Of a stretch of 64,000 bases of DNA, positions 51,001 through 61,045 are shown piece after piece. This DNA is from Clostridia bacterium. GTDB taxonomy: Bacteria; Bacillota; Clostridia; Oscillospirales; CAG-382. Below the pieces are notes generated by a model. The model was not told the origin of the DNA. It did no database searches and saw only the letters and a program-made list of their open reading frames with translations. The DNA is taken from contig JAFRPL010000019.1 of NCBI GenBank assembly GCA_017429165.1, positions 43,891 through 107,890 on the forward strand, written 5' to 3'. Numbering within the stretch: position 1 is the stretch's first letter; every line of letters starts with the position of its first letter. Both the position numbers and the translations under genes were made by a program.

Positions 51001-53490
51001 GCCTGCGCGTTCGGCGGTCAAGATATCGTAAACGCCGGCGGCAGTGAGCGCGTATCCGCCCGAGCAGGCGAGCAGCCGCTCGGATTCGGGCGCGCGGAAA
51101 CACGGCGCGCCGAAATCTTCTTTATAAACGTCGCCGCCCACGCAGACGTACGTTCCGCTTGCGGAAAGCGAAAAATAACCGGGTTCGCAGGCGAGCTCGC
51201 GCTCGTTCCATGCGCCGGAAGCGTATTCGTAGATCACGCCCGGGGTATAGGCGGAATACGCGTACACCTTATCTTCCGCCGAAGCCAGCAGCACTGAACG
51301 GCCGCCGGTGAAAAGCGGATCGTTTTTGTCTTCGCCGCGGTAGACCGCGCCCGATTCGTCGGCGAAGAACACGTCTCCGCCGCACAGGCACGCGGCGGCG
51401 ATGTTTTCGTCTTCCGCAAAGAATTCGCCCGCGTCGCCTTCGCCGAACAGGATATCGTTTCTTTCGAACGCGCGCCAGCCGCAGGAATGGACGGCGCAGA
51501 CGCGGCCGCCTTCGGCAAACACGCCGACTATCTCGCCGGGCAGAGTCATTTCGCGCAGCGGAGCGGTCAGATCTTCGAGCGCGTAAAGCGTGAGCGTGGC
51601 GCCGCCGGGTTCCCAGCAGGCGGCGTATCCGTAAGCGGGGTCGAAAAACGCCTTGCCTTCGGCAAGCGCGCCGGTCAGCGGCGCGTGCTCGTTATGCAGC
51701 GAAAACGCGAATTCGCGCTCGGTCTCGCCGGTGATATCGGTCACTTTTATCCTGTGCTCGCCGTCAGTATAAACGTAAGCGACGCCTTCGAATTCGACGC
51801 CGTCGAGGTAGGTCTTGCCTTTGCCCGCCGCGATGATTTCAACAGGCCCGGAATAAACGCCTTCCGGCGACGCGCCGTATATGACGGGGAGCGAATTTGA
51901 AATGGAAAACGAGGTCCCGACTTTGTTGCCGTACGGGCCCGTGAGTTCGAAAAAGTGGTCGCCGCGGCGCGTGATACGCGTGCCGGAAACGTATTTGACG
52001 CCGTCGAGCAGCGCGCTGCCGCGTTCGAAAACGAACGCCACCCAGCCTTCGCCTTTTTCGGTGGTGAACGTCAAAGGCAGCGTATCCACAAAGAATTCAA
52101 ACGTCGCTTCGCCGCGCGCGTCGGTCACGGTAAGGACGTGCCGCCCCTGCGAGAATATGATCTCGCCGCTTTCGTACGGTTCGCCGTCGAGCAGCGCCGT
52201 ACAGTTTTCGAACCGCGCCGACATTTCGGAAAAATACGCGCCGTTCATCCGCACGCCTTCGACGTACGGCATATTTGCGCATTCGAGCAGCGCGGGGATA
52301 TACAGATTCCCCCAGCCGTCGTTTTCGCCGCGTCTGCCGTCGGCGGCGTATTCCAGTATTTTTTCAAAACGTTTTGAATCTATTTTTTCGCCGCGCTTTT
52401 CGATACACAGCGCCGCGGCGGCGGAAACGTAAGCGGTGGAAAAAGAAGTGCCCTGCGGCATATCTTCCGCGTCCGTTCCGGCGAATACCGCGAGTCCCTC
52501 GCCCGGGGCGCAGATATCGACTTTGTCGTTATATTGCGAAAACGCGCTCATCTTTCCGTCCGCGCCGAAAGATCCCACGCTTACGACGTCTTCGAACGAC
52601 GCGGGATACGAATATCTGCCGGCGTATTCCGGGTCGGCTCCCTCGTTGCCCGCCGAAGCGACGAGCACGCATCCTTTGCCCGCGGCGTAGGCGACCGCTT
52701 CGCTTTCGGCGGCGTTTTCTATATATCCGCCGAACGACATGTTGATAATATCGGCGCCCGCGTCGGCGGCGTAATACAGACTTTCGACAAGGTGCGAAGT
52801 CTTTATTTTTTTGCCGTCGCCGGTTATGCGCACCGGCAGCAGAGTTGCGCCCTGCGCCGCGCCGTAGCCCTCGCCGCAGATTATACGGCACACCGCGGTG
52901 CCGTGGCCGGCTTCGTCCGCCGTGACTCCGTCGGCTCCGGTCACGGCGTCCCACCCGGGCAGGATATCGGCGTGCGCGAGCTGCTCGCACGTGCGGTCCA
53001 CGCCGCTGTCGAGCACTGCGATCATCACTCCCCTGCCGCCTTCGTTGACGGGCAGAGTCCCTATGGCGCCGAGTTCATACGGTATGTCTTCTTCGCCGCA
53101 GAACGAAATATCGGTGTCTTCGTCGGGCACGCAGTAAAGCAGCGCGCCGCCGCAGATATCGCGCGCGATCTGCGCCGGAACGCCCACCGCGAACACCATC
53201 TGAGCCGTATAGGCGAGCGGGCGGAAAGCTCCGAGTTTATTAAGCATTTCCAGCGCCTCGGCAGGCGAAACGCTTTTTCTGAACGCCAGCACCGCGCGTT
53301 CGCCTTCTTCAGGCAGTTCGCATACCGGCGCGCCGGTATCTCCCGCGATAAAGCGGGATCTCAGCTCGTCAAAGCGCGAAAAAACGCTCACGGATCCCGC
53401 CTTTACGGCAAAAATGCCGCAATGAGCAAGGGCGGTAAGCGTTATCACCGCCGCAAGGAAAGCTATGAGCGTTGTTTTTAAAATCTTCAT
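48085..53490 (-). CDS. Large membrane-anchored S8 serine peptidase with Ig-like, dockerin, cohesin-like and cadherin-like domains
   Basis: AVLDSG, GHGT, SAGN and GTSFS catalytic motifs; GDADRDGKITVAD..DVNCNGRITSAD dockerin; C-terminal TM and basic tail. Confidence 0.85.
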   Translation of the reverse strand: MKILKTTLIAFLAAVITLTALAHCGIFAVKAGSVSVFSRFDELRSRFIAGDTGAPVCELPEEGERAVLAFRKSVSPAEALEMLNKLGAFRPLAYTAQMVFAVGVPAQIARDICGGALLYCVPDEDTDISFCGEEDIPYELGAIGTLPVNEGGRGVMIAVLDSGVDRTCEQLAHADILPGWDAVTGADGVTADEAGHGTAVCRIICGEGYGAAQGATLLPVRITGDGKKIKTSHLVESLYYAADAGADIINMSFGGYIENAAESEAVAYAAGKGCVLVASAGNEGADPEYAGRYSYPASFEDVVSVGSFGADGKMSAFSQYNDKVDICAPGEGLAVFAGTDAEDMPQGTSFSTAYVSAAAALCIEKRGEKIDSKRFEKILEYAADGRRGENDGWGNLYIPALLECANMPYVEGVRMNGAYFSEMSARFENCTALLDGEPYESGEIIFSQGRHVLTVTDARGEATFEFFVDTLPLTFTTEKGEGWVAFVFERGSALLDGVKYVSGTRITRRGDHFFELTGPYGNKVGTSFSISNSLPVIYGASPEGVYSGPVEIIAAGKGKTYLDGVEFEGVAYVYTDGEHRIKVTDITGETEREFAFSLHNEHAPLTGALAEGKAFFDPAYGYAACWEPGGATLTLYALEDLTAPLREMTLPGEIVGVFAEGGRVCAVHSCGWRAFERNDILFGEGDAGEFFAEDENIAAACLCGGDVFFADESGAVYRGEDKNDPLFTGGRSVLLASAEDKVYAYSAYTPGVIYEYASGAWNERELACEPGYFSLSASGTYVCVGGDVYKEDFGAPCFRAPESERLLACSGGYALTAAGVYDILTAERAGAFPSLVSYYCVCDDFTAAVTPGGTYILSSAAYCFGAAKPASAFAGKADSADDFTLRAELAPGLRVCDAACGGTGTVFVAANGDNRLYELDPASLELKSVTWLKYQPFKITPFGEGCAVVFERAKYVYSTHTGEYMEFPGNVSDICLCGGDIFAVVQGSLLQMPVSGGEAREVTLFENVRQIAAYKDMICVLADDEVSVYDPASGAVYGKVSAEFRRTFAVSDEYVFVGADVFAGAALDPVSEIGEFPSCSRGGTAFCESGVYRVSDGERLSDSPVYGVKCVITPAFELLVFGENTFAAVSCTGDIANGLNIYGVSDGGVYYDSVSFGAGMGRLYLDGEAVENDSHTEIVGTHELRAAFPFGISRTVTFRLLRNAQKIELPAAAIELAPGQSVLLSPRITPADAVCNILYSSDSPAVAVDENGRVTAVEHGSAVITARVEGTELYAQCGINVARETLVFAENSYTADRRSGIVTGVTAGTTVPELLSRIIDPENTVVTDIYGNAVKDGAVRTGMTLQKRSGDKLTDTLKIAVAGDADRDGKITVADVDILYRHLSGSRVQTGVIAAALDVNCNGRITSADLKAIFPLTERIASPAPSYGVAVRAPDFISPGAVFPVYIDVSQQGSGSFAGVLRFDKNSLSLDRISEKVSEIYTRRSGGELEIISPAVERADGDIICVYLRAAEDLQNAELRLEGMSAYRAGELVSLADAAVSVPVRAPGSKLEVKCANAELEFDASVYSYLLTVPCGERELALEISAPAECFVFTSPTALADEGGTEVTLTYVTPAETLVYVFKAEYGDKREPDPDPTLGAITVTGAELEPAFSPEIREYTVYAPQGVTVSVNARANSRYAAVETHTVYGEDGITYTFVCTAETGDAAEYTVNVITHEKPEESSSAAPEQSEEPSETAESSAPAEEGSAQETPSAPEEPQSSETAQKEKGGAAVWLPVAIAAFAAAVCVITVLLLRRRSRKK

Positions 53491-53514
53491 TTTGTTTATA
53501 CAGAACTTCGGACC

Positions 53515-54231
53515 TCAGCACGCGATGATCTTTTGGATCTCGGCGCCGAACTTTTTGTGTTCCGTGTCGTCGTATATGAACAGCGGCGGCAGTACCGAAG
53601 CGCCCGCTCCGCCGCCTTTGCGGAATTCCGCGAGCAGCAGCGAGGGCGGCGAAACGCGGTCCGGGTGGACGAACCGCAGCCTTTTGAGCGCGAGCCCGTT
53701 CCCGCCCGCGGCGGCGAGCAGCCGCTGAACGTATTCCGGACGGTAAACGCAGCAGAATCTGCCGCCGTACTTGAGCAGATACGCGGCGGCGGCGCAGAAA
53801 CCGCCTATGTCGGAAGCGGTCTCGTGGAACGCGGCGTGTTTGAGTCCGCTTTCGTTGGTCACGCCCGTTCCGGCCGGAAGATACGGCGGATTGCTGACGC
53901 ACAGCCCGAACGTCCCCGCTCCGAAAAACCGCTTTACGTCCGCCACGTCGGCGCAGACGCACGAATATTCCCGCGAAAAACCGTTCTGCCCGGCGTTGCG
54001 CACGGCGAGACGCGCATATTCGGACGATATCTCCACGCCCGTGACGTTCTTCGCCTTGCCCGCAGCCAGAAGCAAAAGTCCTATGACTCCGCTGCCGGAG
54101 CCCAGATCGACCGCGTTACTGCAGCGCGGGCAGAATTCCGAAACGAGCAGCGAATCGGTGCCGAAACGTATGCCGCCGGCGAATTCGGTCAGCTTTATGC
54201 CGTAATTGACGGCGGTGGTAACAGTGTTCAC
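53515..54231 (-). CDS. tRNA1(Val) adenine-N6 methyltransferase family
   Basis: FGTDSLL, DLGSGSG, SNPPY and HE. Confidence 0.88.
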   Translation of the reverse strand: MNTVTTAVNYGIKLTEFAGGIRFGTDSLLVSEFCPRCSNAVDLGSGSGVIGLLLLAAGKAKNVTGVEISSEYARLAVRNAGQNGFSREYSCVCADVADVKRFFGAGTFGLCVSNPPYLPAGTGVTNESGLKHAAFHETASDIGGFCAAAAYLLKYGGRFCCVYRPEYVQRLLAAAGGNGLALKRLRFVHPDRVSPPSLLLAEFRKGGGAGASVLPPLFIYDDTEHKKFGAEIQKIIAC

Positions 54232-54250
54232 TAAAATTCACCCACAGATA

Positions 54251-54284
54251 ACTTTACCCATAGACGTGAATCTATGGGTAAAGT
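54251..54284 (-). terminator. Hairpin downstream of ferredoxin
   Basis: ACTTTACCCATAGA-cgtgaa-TCTATGGGTAAAGT. Confidence 0.65.
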
Positions 54285-54308
54285 GTGTTTGTTTGTTAAG
54301 CCGTTCTG

Positions 54309-54482
54309 TCAGCCTTTGGGGGCGTCAACGGGGCAAACGCCGGCGCATGTACCGCAATCGAGGCACTGATCGGGATCGATTATGTATTTGCCGTCTTCGT
54401 CGACGGTGATGGCGGAAACCGGGCATTCTGCTTCGCAGGTGCCGCAGCCGAGACACAGCTCTTTGTCAATTACGTATGCCAT
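54309..54482 (-). CDS. 2[4Fe-4S] ferredoxin (57 aa, not in ORF track)
   Basis: MAYVIDKELCLGCGTCEAECPVSAITVDEDGKYIIDPDQCLDCGTCAGVCPVDAPKG; two CxxCxxCxxxCP; RBS GGAGG. Confidence 0.95.
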   Translation of the reverse strand: MAYVIDKELCLGCGTCEAECPVSAITVDEDGKYIIDPDQCLDCGTCAGVCPVDAPKG

Positions 54483-54551
54483 AAAAACACACCTCCGTTT
54501 TGGGTTTGATTTATAATAACACGTTTTTTTGAATAATGCAATAGCTTTTTA

Positions 54552-55520
54552 TTATTTTTCTTCCTCGGCGGCAAGATCTTTTATGCCTTTTTGCCAGTTG
54601 GGGATCTTGACCGTGACCTTGTTGCTGCTGTAATACGCCGAAGGATAAGTGACCTGCTTGACGCTGTACAGGCTGTATGCGAACAGCAGCCGCGAATACT
54701 TGAGCACGTCCGAAAGCGGAATATCGGTGCGCACCGAGCCGTGCAGCTTGGCGAGCGTGGTGGTGTCGGTGCCGATGCCCGCTATGGAGCACACGACGTG
54801 GAAAATGCTCATGCCCAGCGTGGAATCCTGGAAATAATAGTCGGTGACCGACTGGTCGTCGGCGTAGGAATTGAACACGGGACCGATGTTTTCGGTGTCG
54901 AGCATGACGCTTCCGCTCAGGGTCTTGTACATCTCTTCGCTCTTGTCTTCGATATCTATAAAGCTGGGATCCAGATACCTGACCTGATACGGTATGTTGA
55001 CGGTTATGTGCGAGCCGGCTTTTTCGGCGGCGGAAACGAGCGCCACGAGAGAATCGGTATTACAGATTATGTAGTGCCTGAGTTCCCTGCCCACCAGCGG
55101 CGAAAGCTTGCGCAGCATATAGTCGGCGTTATTGGCGCCGAGCTGGGAAGCCAGCGTGCGGTATATACCGCCGTCCTTTACGTGCAGGTCGACCGGTATG
55201 CGGCATACCGTATAAGTCTTGTTGAGTTCCGAGACCGAAACGAAAATGAGCGAGCATACCGCGCCGGCGTCGTTCTTTGCGGCTATGATGCATTCGAACA
55301 CGTTATCCTCGACCGCCGGCTGTTCGTCGGAAGAAGATTCGGAAGAAGTGTTTTCGCCGCCCGACGATTCTTCGGCGGGTTCGGACGATTCCTCGGCGGA
55401 TACTTCGGGTTCGGGGAACAGCACGGCTCTTATATCCGGCAGCGCCTTATAGGCGATAAAGCCGAACACGAGCAGCATTATTATAAAAGTCAATATAAAA
55501 TTCCTGAACGCTGCGGACAT
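54552..55520 (-). CDS. Membrane-anchored LCP (LytR-CpsA-Psr)-like protein, divergent
   Basis: N-terminal TM, acidic linker, CRIPVD and VRTDI motifs. Confidence 0.55.
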   Translation of the reverse strand: MSAAFRNFILTFIIMLLVFGFIAYKALPDIRAVLFPEPEVSAEESSEPAEESSGGENTSSESSSDEQPAVEDNVFECIIAAKNDAGAVCSLIFVSVSELNKTYTVCRIPVDLHVKDGGIYRTLASQLGANNADYMLRKLSPLVGRELRHYIICNTDSLVALVSAAEKAGSHITVNIPYQVRYLDPSFIDIEDKSEEMYKTLSGSVMLDTENIGPVFNSYADDQSVTDYYFQDSTLGMSIFHVVCSIAGIGTDTTTLAKLHGSVRTDIPLSDVLKYSRLLFAYSLYSVKQVTYPSAYYSSNKVTVKIPNWQKGIKDLAAEEEK

Positions 55521-55639
55521 TTGACGCACCTCCGGAAAACATTGCGTGACGTTCTACGCTATTATAAAACAAATTTATCGTTTTGTCAAATGAATAATTG
55601 TTTCACATCAGGCGGTATTTGTAAACTTTTTGCCGTAAT

Positions 55640-56638
55640 TCAATGAGAAAAGCATTCGAACAGCGCTTTGGCGCAGAGCATAAGCTCGCGCGGGAGCAGC
55701 GGCGGCGAGCACAGGGTCACCGTGTCGCTGCGCATCACGGGGAAAGCGGGAGTGAGATGCGCCACCCCGCCCGAAAGCGAATACAGCAGTTCTCCGCCGC
55801 AAAGGTCGCACATCAGCCGGGAATAAGACGCTAAAAACAGCGTTTCGGCGCATTTTTCGCCCGGGAGGTCGTTCGCCGGGGATTCGGGGTCGAGCAGGCG
55901 GCAGAAGCGCGCGCCGTTTTGGTCCGATACCGAAAACATCATGTCCGCCGAAACGCCCGATTTGCCGCGGTCGATCCTGATTTCGACAAGTCTTCCGTTT
56001 GTGAGCGAAAACGCCAGCGCCAGCAGCGAAAGCACCGCATATGCGAGATCCTTGCGCGAAACGAACACCGGAGCTTCGCCGAGGTCGCCGGTGCATACTA
56101 CGCCGAGCCCTGAACCCGCGAGAGCGTCGGAAGCCGCAGCGGCGCAGCTGCGCACCGCCTGTGTAAAATCGACGGGCGCGAATTTTTCGCTGAGCGGGAG
56201 CAGCGCCCGCGTGATATATTCGTTTATGCGCTGCTGCAGGAACACGGCGCGCCTGAGCCGCGGCATGTTTTCGGGTTCCACGCACGGTGCGGCGCAGATG
56301 GAATCCAGCCCGGCAAACACCTCGCGCGTGAGTTCGCGCACCTCCTGCGCGCGCTTTACGAGCGCCGCGGTCACCGAATTAATTCGCACGATATATCTTT
56401 CGCCGCAGCGGTAGACCACCGCTCCGACCGGCGCGGGGCAGAAGCAGGTGATGGCAGTGCTTTCACCGTCGTTGAGAGCGCGAAGCGCGTTCATGCCAGC
56501 CGTATCGGTGATGTCGCTCATGCTTTTACCCATCCTAAGCGCCGCGAAACGGCTGGACGAGGTGAAGTTTTTTGAAATTATCCTGAGTTCCGGCCCCAGG
56601 TCGAACGAAGGAAAGACGACGTTTTCGATATACGCCAT
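55640..56638 (-). CDS. Hypothetical protein resembling a degenerate histidine kinase
   Basis: HATPase-like spacing (VDF...L.YAVLSLLALA...VSD.NG...CGGEL) without canonical H/N/G boxes. Confidence 0.5.
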   Translation of the reverse strand: MAYIENVVFPSFDLGPELRIISKNFTSSSRFAALRMGKSMSDITDTAGMNALRALNDGESTAITCFCPAPVGAVVYRCGERYIVRINSVTAALVKRAQEVRELTREVFAGLDSICAAPCVEPENMPRLRRAVFLQQRINEYITRALLPLSEKFAPVDFTQAVRSCAAAASDALAGSGLGVVCTGDLGEAPVFVSRKDLAYAVLSLLALAFSLTNGRLVEIRIDRGKSGVSADMMFSVSDQNGARFCRLLDPESPANDLPGEKCAETLFLASYSRLMCDLCGGELLYSLSGGVAHLTPAFPVMRSDTVTLCSPPLLPRELMLCAKALFECFSH

Positions 56639-56701
56639 ATCAAACCGTCCTGTGTTTTGTTATTGTAAAAAGATCATGCGGAGAATAATCCCCGCATAAG
56701 A

Positions 56702-57940
56702 TCAAGATACCATTTCGGGCGTTATGCGCAGTTCCTTTATCTCCGGTCTGGAGGGGACGTCGAACATATAACCCGTCATGAGTTTTTCGGTTATCGAGCG
56801 CAGGCCGCGCGCGCCGGTGTTGAGCTCAATGGCCTTTTCGGCGATCTTTTCCAGCGCTTCGCGCTCGAAGACGAGCTCCACGCCGTCCATCGCCATAAGT
56901 TTTTGATACTGCTTGACAAGCGCGTTCCTGGGCTCGGTCAGTATGCGCACAAGCCCTTCCTTGTCGAGCGGGTCGAGCGCGCAGACCACGGGGATACGCC
57001 CGACGAGTTCGGGTATGAGCCCGTACTTGACCAGATCGTGCGGCGTCACCTCGCGCAGGATGCGCGCCTTGGTCTTCTGCTCGCGCGTCATTATACCCGA
57101 TGAATAGCCGATCGCCTGTCTGCCGCGGCGGTTTTCTATGATAGATTCGAGTCCGTCGAAAGCTCCGCCGCAGATAAAGAGTATATTGGTGGTGTCTATC
57201 TGAATGAATTCCTGGTTGGGGTGCTTTCTGCCGCCCTGCGGAGGCACGTTGGATATTGTGCCTTCCAGTATCTTCAGCAGCGCCTGCTGAACGCCCTCGC
57301 CCGAAACGTCGCGCGTGATGGAGCGGTTTTCGCTGCGGCGGCTGATCTTATCGATCTCGTCTATATAGATTATGCCGCGTTCGGCTTTTTCTATATCGTA
57401 TTCCGCCGCCTGGATGAGCCGCAGCAATATGTTTTCCACGTCCTCGCCCACGTAGCCCGCTTCGGTGAGCGTAGTCGCGTCGGCAATGGCGAAAGGCACT
57501 TCCAGTATTTCGGCGAGCGTCTGCGCGAGCAGCGTTTTGCCCACGCCGGTGGGGCCGAGCATGAGCACGTTGGATTTCTGCAGCTTGACTTCGTCTTCGG
57601 CCGCTTTTTTCTTTTTGCCCGCCGCAAGGAGCGAATTTATGCGTTTGTAGTGGTTGTATACCGCCACCGAAAGCGCCACTTTGGCTTCGTCCTGACCTAT
57701 GACGTGCTCGTCGAGTTTTGTCTTGAGCTCGGCGGGCTTGGGGAGCGTTATGGGCTTTGGCTTGCGCGAATGGCCCGAAGACGCCATCGAATCTTCGTAT
57801 TCGTAAGTGATGGCTGTGCAAATGGAAATGCAGTCTTCGCAGAAATCCATCTGCCTGCCCTCGACGTTGAGCGTTATCGGGCGTTCGGTATATCTGCCGC
57901 AGAACGCGCAGTGTTTGCCGGTTTTACCGTTTTTATCCAT
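56702..57940 (-). CDS. clpX: ATP-dependent Clp protease ATP-binding subunit ClpX
   Basis: C4 zinc finger, [21 protein letters not shown] and GARGLR. Confidence 0.97.
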   Translation of the reverse strand: MDKNGKTGKHCAFCGRYTERPITLNVEGRQMDFCEDCISICTAITYEYEDSMASSGHSRKPKPITLPKPAELKTKLDEHVIGQDEAKVALSVAVYNHYKRINSLLAAGKKKKAAEDEVKLQKSNVLMLGPTGVGKTLLAQTLAEILEVPFAIADATTLTEAGYVGEDVENILLRLIQAAEYDIEKAERGIIYIDEIDKISRRSENRSITRDVSGEGVQQALLKILEGTISNVPPQGGRKHPNQEFIQIDTTNILFICGGAFDGLESIIENRRGRQAIGYSSGIMTREQKTKARILREVTPHDLVKYGLIPELVGRIPVVCALDPLDKEGLVRILTEPRNALVKQYQKLMAMDGVELVFEREALEKIAEKAIELNTGARGLRSITEKLMTGYMFDVPSRPEIKELRITPEMVS

Positions 57941-57950
57941 TTACAAATCT

Positions 57951-58532
57951 TTACCTTTTTTCAAGAATCTTGTCTATAATGCCGTATTCGAGCGCTTCGG
58001 AAGGATCCATAAAGTTGTCGCGTTCGGTGTCGGCGCAGACCTGTTCGTAGCTCTTGCCGGTGTTGGAAGCGAGTATGCGGTTGAGTTTTTCTTTTATTTT
58101 TATGATTCGGTCGGCGTGGATACGGATATCGGTCGCCTGGCCCTGCATTCCGCCGAGCGGCTGATGTATCATGATCTCGGAATTGGGGAGCGCTATGCGC
58201 TTGCCCTTTGCGCCGGCCGAAAGCAGGAACGCCGCCATGGAAGCCGCCATTCCCACGCAGATGGTGGAAACGTCGCACTTGATGAAATTCATGGTATCGT
58301 AGATCGCCATGCCGCTGGTTATGCTGCCGCCCGGCGAATTGATATAGAGCGATATGTCTTTATCGGGATCCTGCGCTTCGAGGAAAAGGAGCTGCGCCAC
58401 TACGAGCGACGCCGTGACGTCGTTTATCTCCTCGCCCAGAAACACGATGCGGTCGTTGAGGAGGCGCGAAAAGATATCGAACGATCTTTCGCCGCGGTTG
58501 GTCTGTTCTATTACCATCGGGACTAATGCCAT
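57951..58532 (-). CDS. clpP: Clp protease proteolytic subunit ClpP
   Basis: YINSPGG, GMAASM and MIHQP. Confidence 0.98.
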   Translation of the reverse strand: MALVPMVIEQTNRGERSFDIFSRLLNDRIVFLGEEINDVTASLVVAQLLFLEAQDPDKDISLYINSPGGSITSGMAIYDTMNFIKCDVSTICVGMAASMAAFLLSAGAKGKRIALPNSEIMIHQPLGGMQGQATDIRIHADRIIKIKEKLNRILASNTGKSYEQVCADTERDNFMDPSEALEYGIIDKILEKR

Positions 58533-58584
58533 AATGTACCTTCTTTCTTTAAGCGCCGAAAGGCGCGGGGGCGGATGCGCCGGA

Positions 58585-60027
58585 TCACTCGGCGTCTTTC
58601 TTTTCAGCCGGTTTTTTGGTTCTGGGTTTTGCGGGAGCTTTTTTGGCGGGGGCTTCTTCGGACACGGGTTTGTCTTCGGCTTTCGCCTTGGGTTTTGCGG
58701 GGGCTTTTTTCGCCTTGGGAGCCGCCTTTTCTTCTTTGGCGGCGGGGGCGACGGCGACGGCGCTGTCTATGACGAGCTCGCTCGCCTTGCGGTATGTAAC
58801 GTCTTCGCGGATGCTTTCTTCGGGGATGCGCGCCTTCACGTCATCGAGTTCCATCTTGTACGCTTCGGCTATCTTCTTGTATTCCTCTTCCACGTCTTCG
58901 GCGGCGGGGACTATGTTTTCGGCCTTGGCGACCGCTTCGATCGCGAGGCGGATCTTCACGCGGCGTTCGGCGTCGGGGCGGAACATCTTTTTAAGCCCTT
59001 CTTCGTTCTGGCCGGTGTATTTGAACAGCATTTCAAGGCTGCCGCCCTGCGAACGCAGACGGTAGTCGTAGTCGCGCAGGTCGTTTTCGACCTCGTCGTC
59101 GATCATGCATTCGGGGATCTCGACTTCGGTCTGTTCCGCGAGCGCGTCCATAACGCGTTTTTCGTATTCGCGCTGTTCGTTCGCTTCTTTTCTTTCGGTT
59201 ATTTTCGCCCTGATCTGCGCCTTGTATTCATCCACGGTGTTCAGATCTTCCGATACTTCCTTTACAAAGTCGTCGTCGAGCGCGGGTATCTCTTCGCGCT
59301 TGAGCTCGTGCAGCGCGATGGCGAACACGGTCTCTTTGCCGGCGAGCGATTTTTCGCCGTATTCTTCGGGGAAGGTGACGGTGATATCGAATTTTTCGCC
59401 GACGTTATGGCCAACGATCTGTTCTTCGAAGCCGGGGATGAAAGAGCCCGAGCCAAGCACCAGGCTGTGATTCTTAGCTTCGCCGCCCGCGAACTTTTTG
59501 CCGTCCAGGTAGCCGGTGAAATCTATAACGGCTATGTCGCCCGCTTCGGCCGCGCGGTCGGTGACGGTGAGCATACGCGAATTGTGCTTGCGCTCGTGGA
59601 GTATCTCGTCGTCGACTTCTTTATCGGTGACTTCGACGGGATTCTTTTCGGCTTTGAGCCCTTTGTAGTTCTTTACTTCGGCGACCGGACGGGTGTACAC
59701 CTTTGCGGTGAGGACCACGCCGTTTTCGTCTATAGACACCACTTCGATCTCGGGGCGCGAGACCACGTCGAGGCCGGATTCTTTGACCGCCTTTTCGTAA
59801 ATTTCGGGCAGGACGGAATCGAGCGCGTCGTCGTAGAACACCGAAGCGCCGTACATTTTTTCTATGACCGATTTGGGCGCTTTGCCGCGGCGGAAGCCGG
59901 GGACGTTGATCTTGCCGGCGTTCTTTTTATACGCTGCCATGACGGCGGCGTCGAAAGCCGGCTTTTCGATTTTGAGCGTGAGCTCGCTGCGGTTTACGCC
60001 TATTTCTTTTACGTTTTCGTTTGACAT
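58585..60027 (-). CDS. tig: Trigger factor with Lys/Ala/Pro-rich tail
   Basis: PGFRRGKAP and FIPGFEEQ; upstream of clpPX; RBS GGAGG. Confidence 0.96.
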   Translation of the reverse strand: MSNENVKEIGVNRSELTLKIEKPAFDAAVMAAYKKNAGKINVPGFRRGKAPKSVIEKMYGASVFYDDALDSVLPEIYEKAVKESGLDVVSRPEIEVVSIDENGVVLTAKVYTRPVAEVKNYKGLKAEKNPVEVTDKEVDDEILHERKHNSRMLTVTDRAAEAGDIAVIDFTGYLDGKKFAGGEAKNHSLVLGSGSFIPGFEEQIVGHNVGEKFDITVTFPEEYGEKSLAGKETVFAIALHELKREEIPALDDDFVKEVSEDLNTVDEYKAQIRAKITERKEANEQREYEKRVMDALAEQTEVEIPECMIDDEVENDLRDYDYRLRSQGGSLEMLFKYTGQNEEGLKKMFRPDAERRVKIRLAIEAVAKAENIVPAAEDVEEEYKKIAEAYKMELDDVKARIPEESIREDVTYRKASELVIDSAVAVAPAAKEEKAAPKAKKAPAKPKAKAEDKPVSEEAPAKKAPAKPRTKKPAEKKDAE

Positions 60028-60152
60028 TTGTTTTCCTCCGTATATCAACGCAATCATATATTTACGCATTATAACGCATTCTATATTATTTTATACGTTT
60101 TTTGCGATTTGTCAACAGTTTTGATAACATTTTGCCAATTTTTCAAGCGGCG

Positions 60153-60929
60153 TCAGAAAACCGGGCTCCTGTCGGGATCCAGCGCTGCGCTCAGGCGGCG
60201 CGGAACTCCGCGCGGTCCGCGCACGGTGAAAACGCCGAACTCTTCGCACAGCCGCCCGAACGTGAATTCGTCCGGCGGATATTTTTTCCTAAGCTTTATG
60301 CGCATGAGCGCGGTTATGTTTATTTCCCCGCCGGAATACTCGAACGGGATATCGGTCTGCGTGACTTCGCATTTGTAAAGCACCGCCGAAACCGGAGCGC
60401 CGACGTACATATACACGGTGTCGCCCGTCTTTATCCCCCTGCCCTGTTTCCATTCGATCTCGGCGTTTTCTTCAAACGCCCGCACCACGTCGTAATACCG
60501 GGGGTTGGCGGGTATGAGCCATTCCTTGGGCGGACGCAGCGCGCGTTTTTTGCCCGCCGCGGCAGTGGTTCTGAAGCTTATATCGATAAGCGGGGCGATA
60601 TCGCGGAACGGGACCGTGCCGTCGAGCAGGACCGAGATCCAGCGCCCGCTGCTTATATGATACCCTTTGAAATATCCTTTTTTCCCCAACAGCATTTCCG
60701 CAAACATCATATCGTCGAGCTTGAGATTGAGTATATCCACCCTGTTTTTGCCGCGCAGACCCAGCTTTTCCTTTGGCAGATCCATTATCAGCCCGTACCA
60801 TTTTTTGCCGTCCGCGTGCCGCAGGACCGCGTAATCGGGGAACTTCATCCACGGATATTCCGGGGACGTGCTGTATTTTTCTTTTGCATATTCAAAGATC
60901 TTCCCGCGGAGCGAGCTCTTTTTTGCCAT
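60153..60929 (-). CDS. MmcQ/YjbR family DNA-binding protein with C-terminal extension
   Basis: PEYPW...AVLRH..KKWYGLIM..ILNLK..GYH..WIS. Confidence 0.85.
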   Translation of the reverse strand: MAKKSSLRGKIFEYAKEKYSTSPEYPWMKFPDYAVLRHADGKKWYGLIMDLPKEKLGLRGKNRVDILNLKLDDMMFAEMLLGKKGYFKGYHISSGRWISVLLDGTVPFRDIAPLIDISFRTTAAAGKKRALRPPKEWLIPANPRYYDVVRAFEENAEIEWKQGRGIKTGDTVYMYVGAPVSAVLYKCEVTQTDIPFEYSGGEINITALMRIKLRKKYPPDEFTFGRLCEEFGVFTVRGPRGVPRRLSAALDPDRSPVF

Positions 60930-61045
60930 CGTTACCGCCCTCTTTCATAATGGCCCGAAATGTTGACTTTACAAATCAAATATATTATACTATAAAGGTC
61001 AAAAATAATCAAGCGCGCTTTTTGCGCGCCGCGGATGGTATTAAA

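Noticed and set aside
58585-58750. Histone-like KAPAK tail on trigger factor
   Set aside because: Low-complexity Lys/Ala/Pro tails are common on clostridial trigger factors
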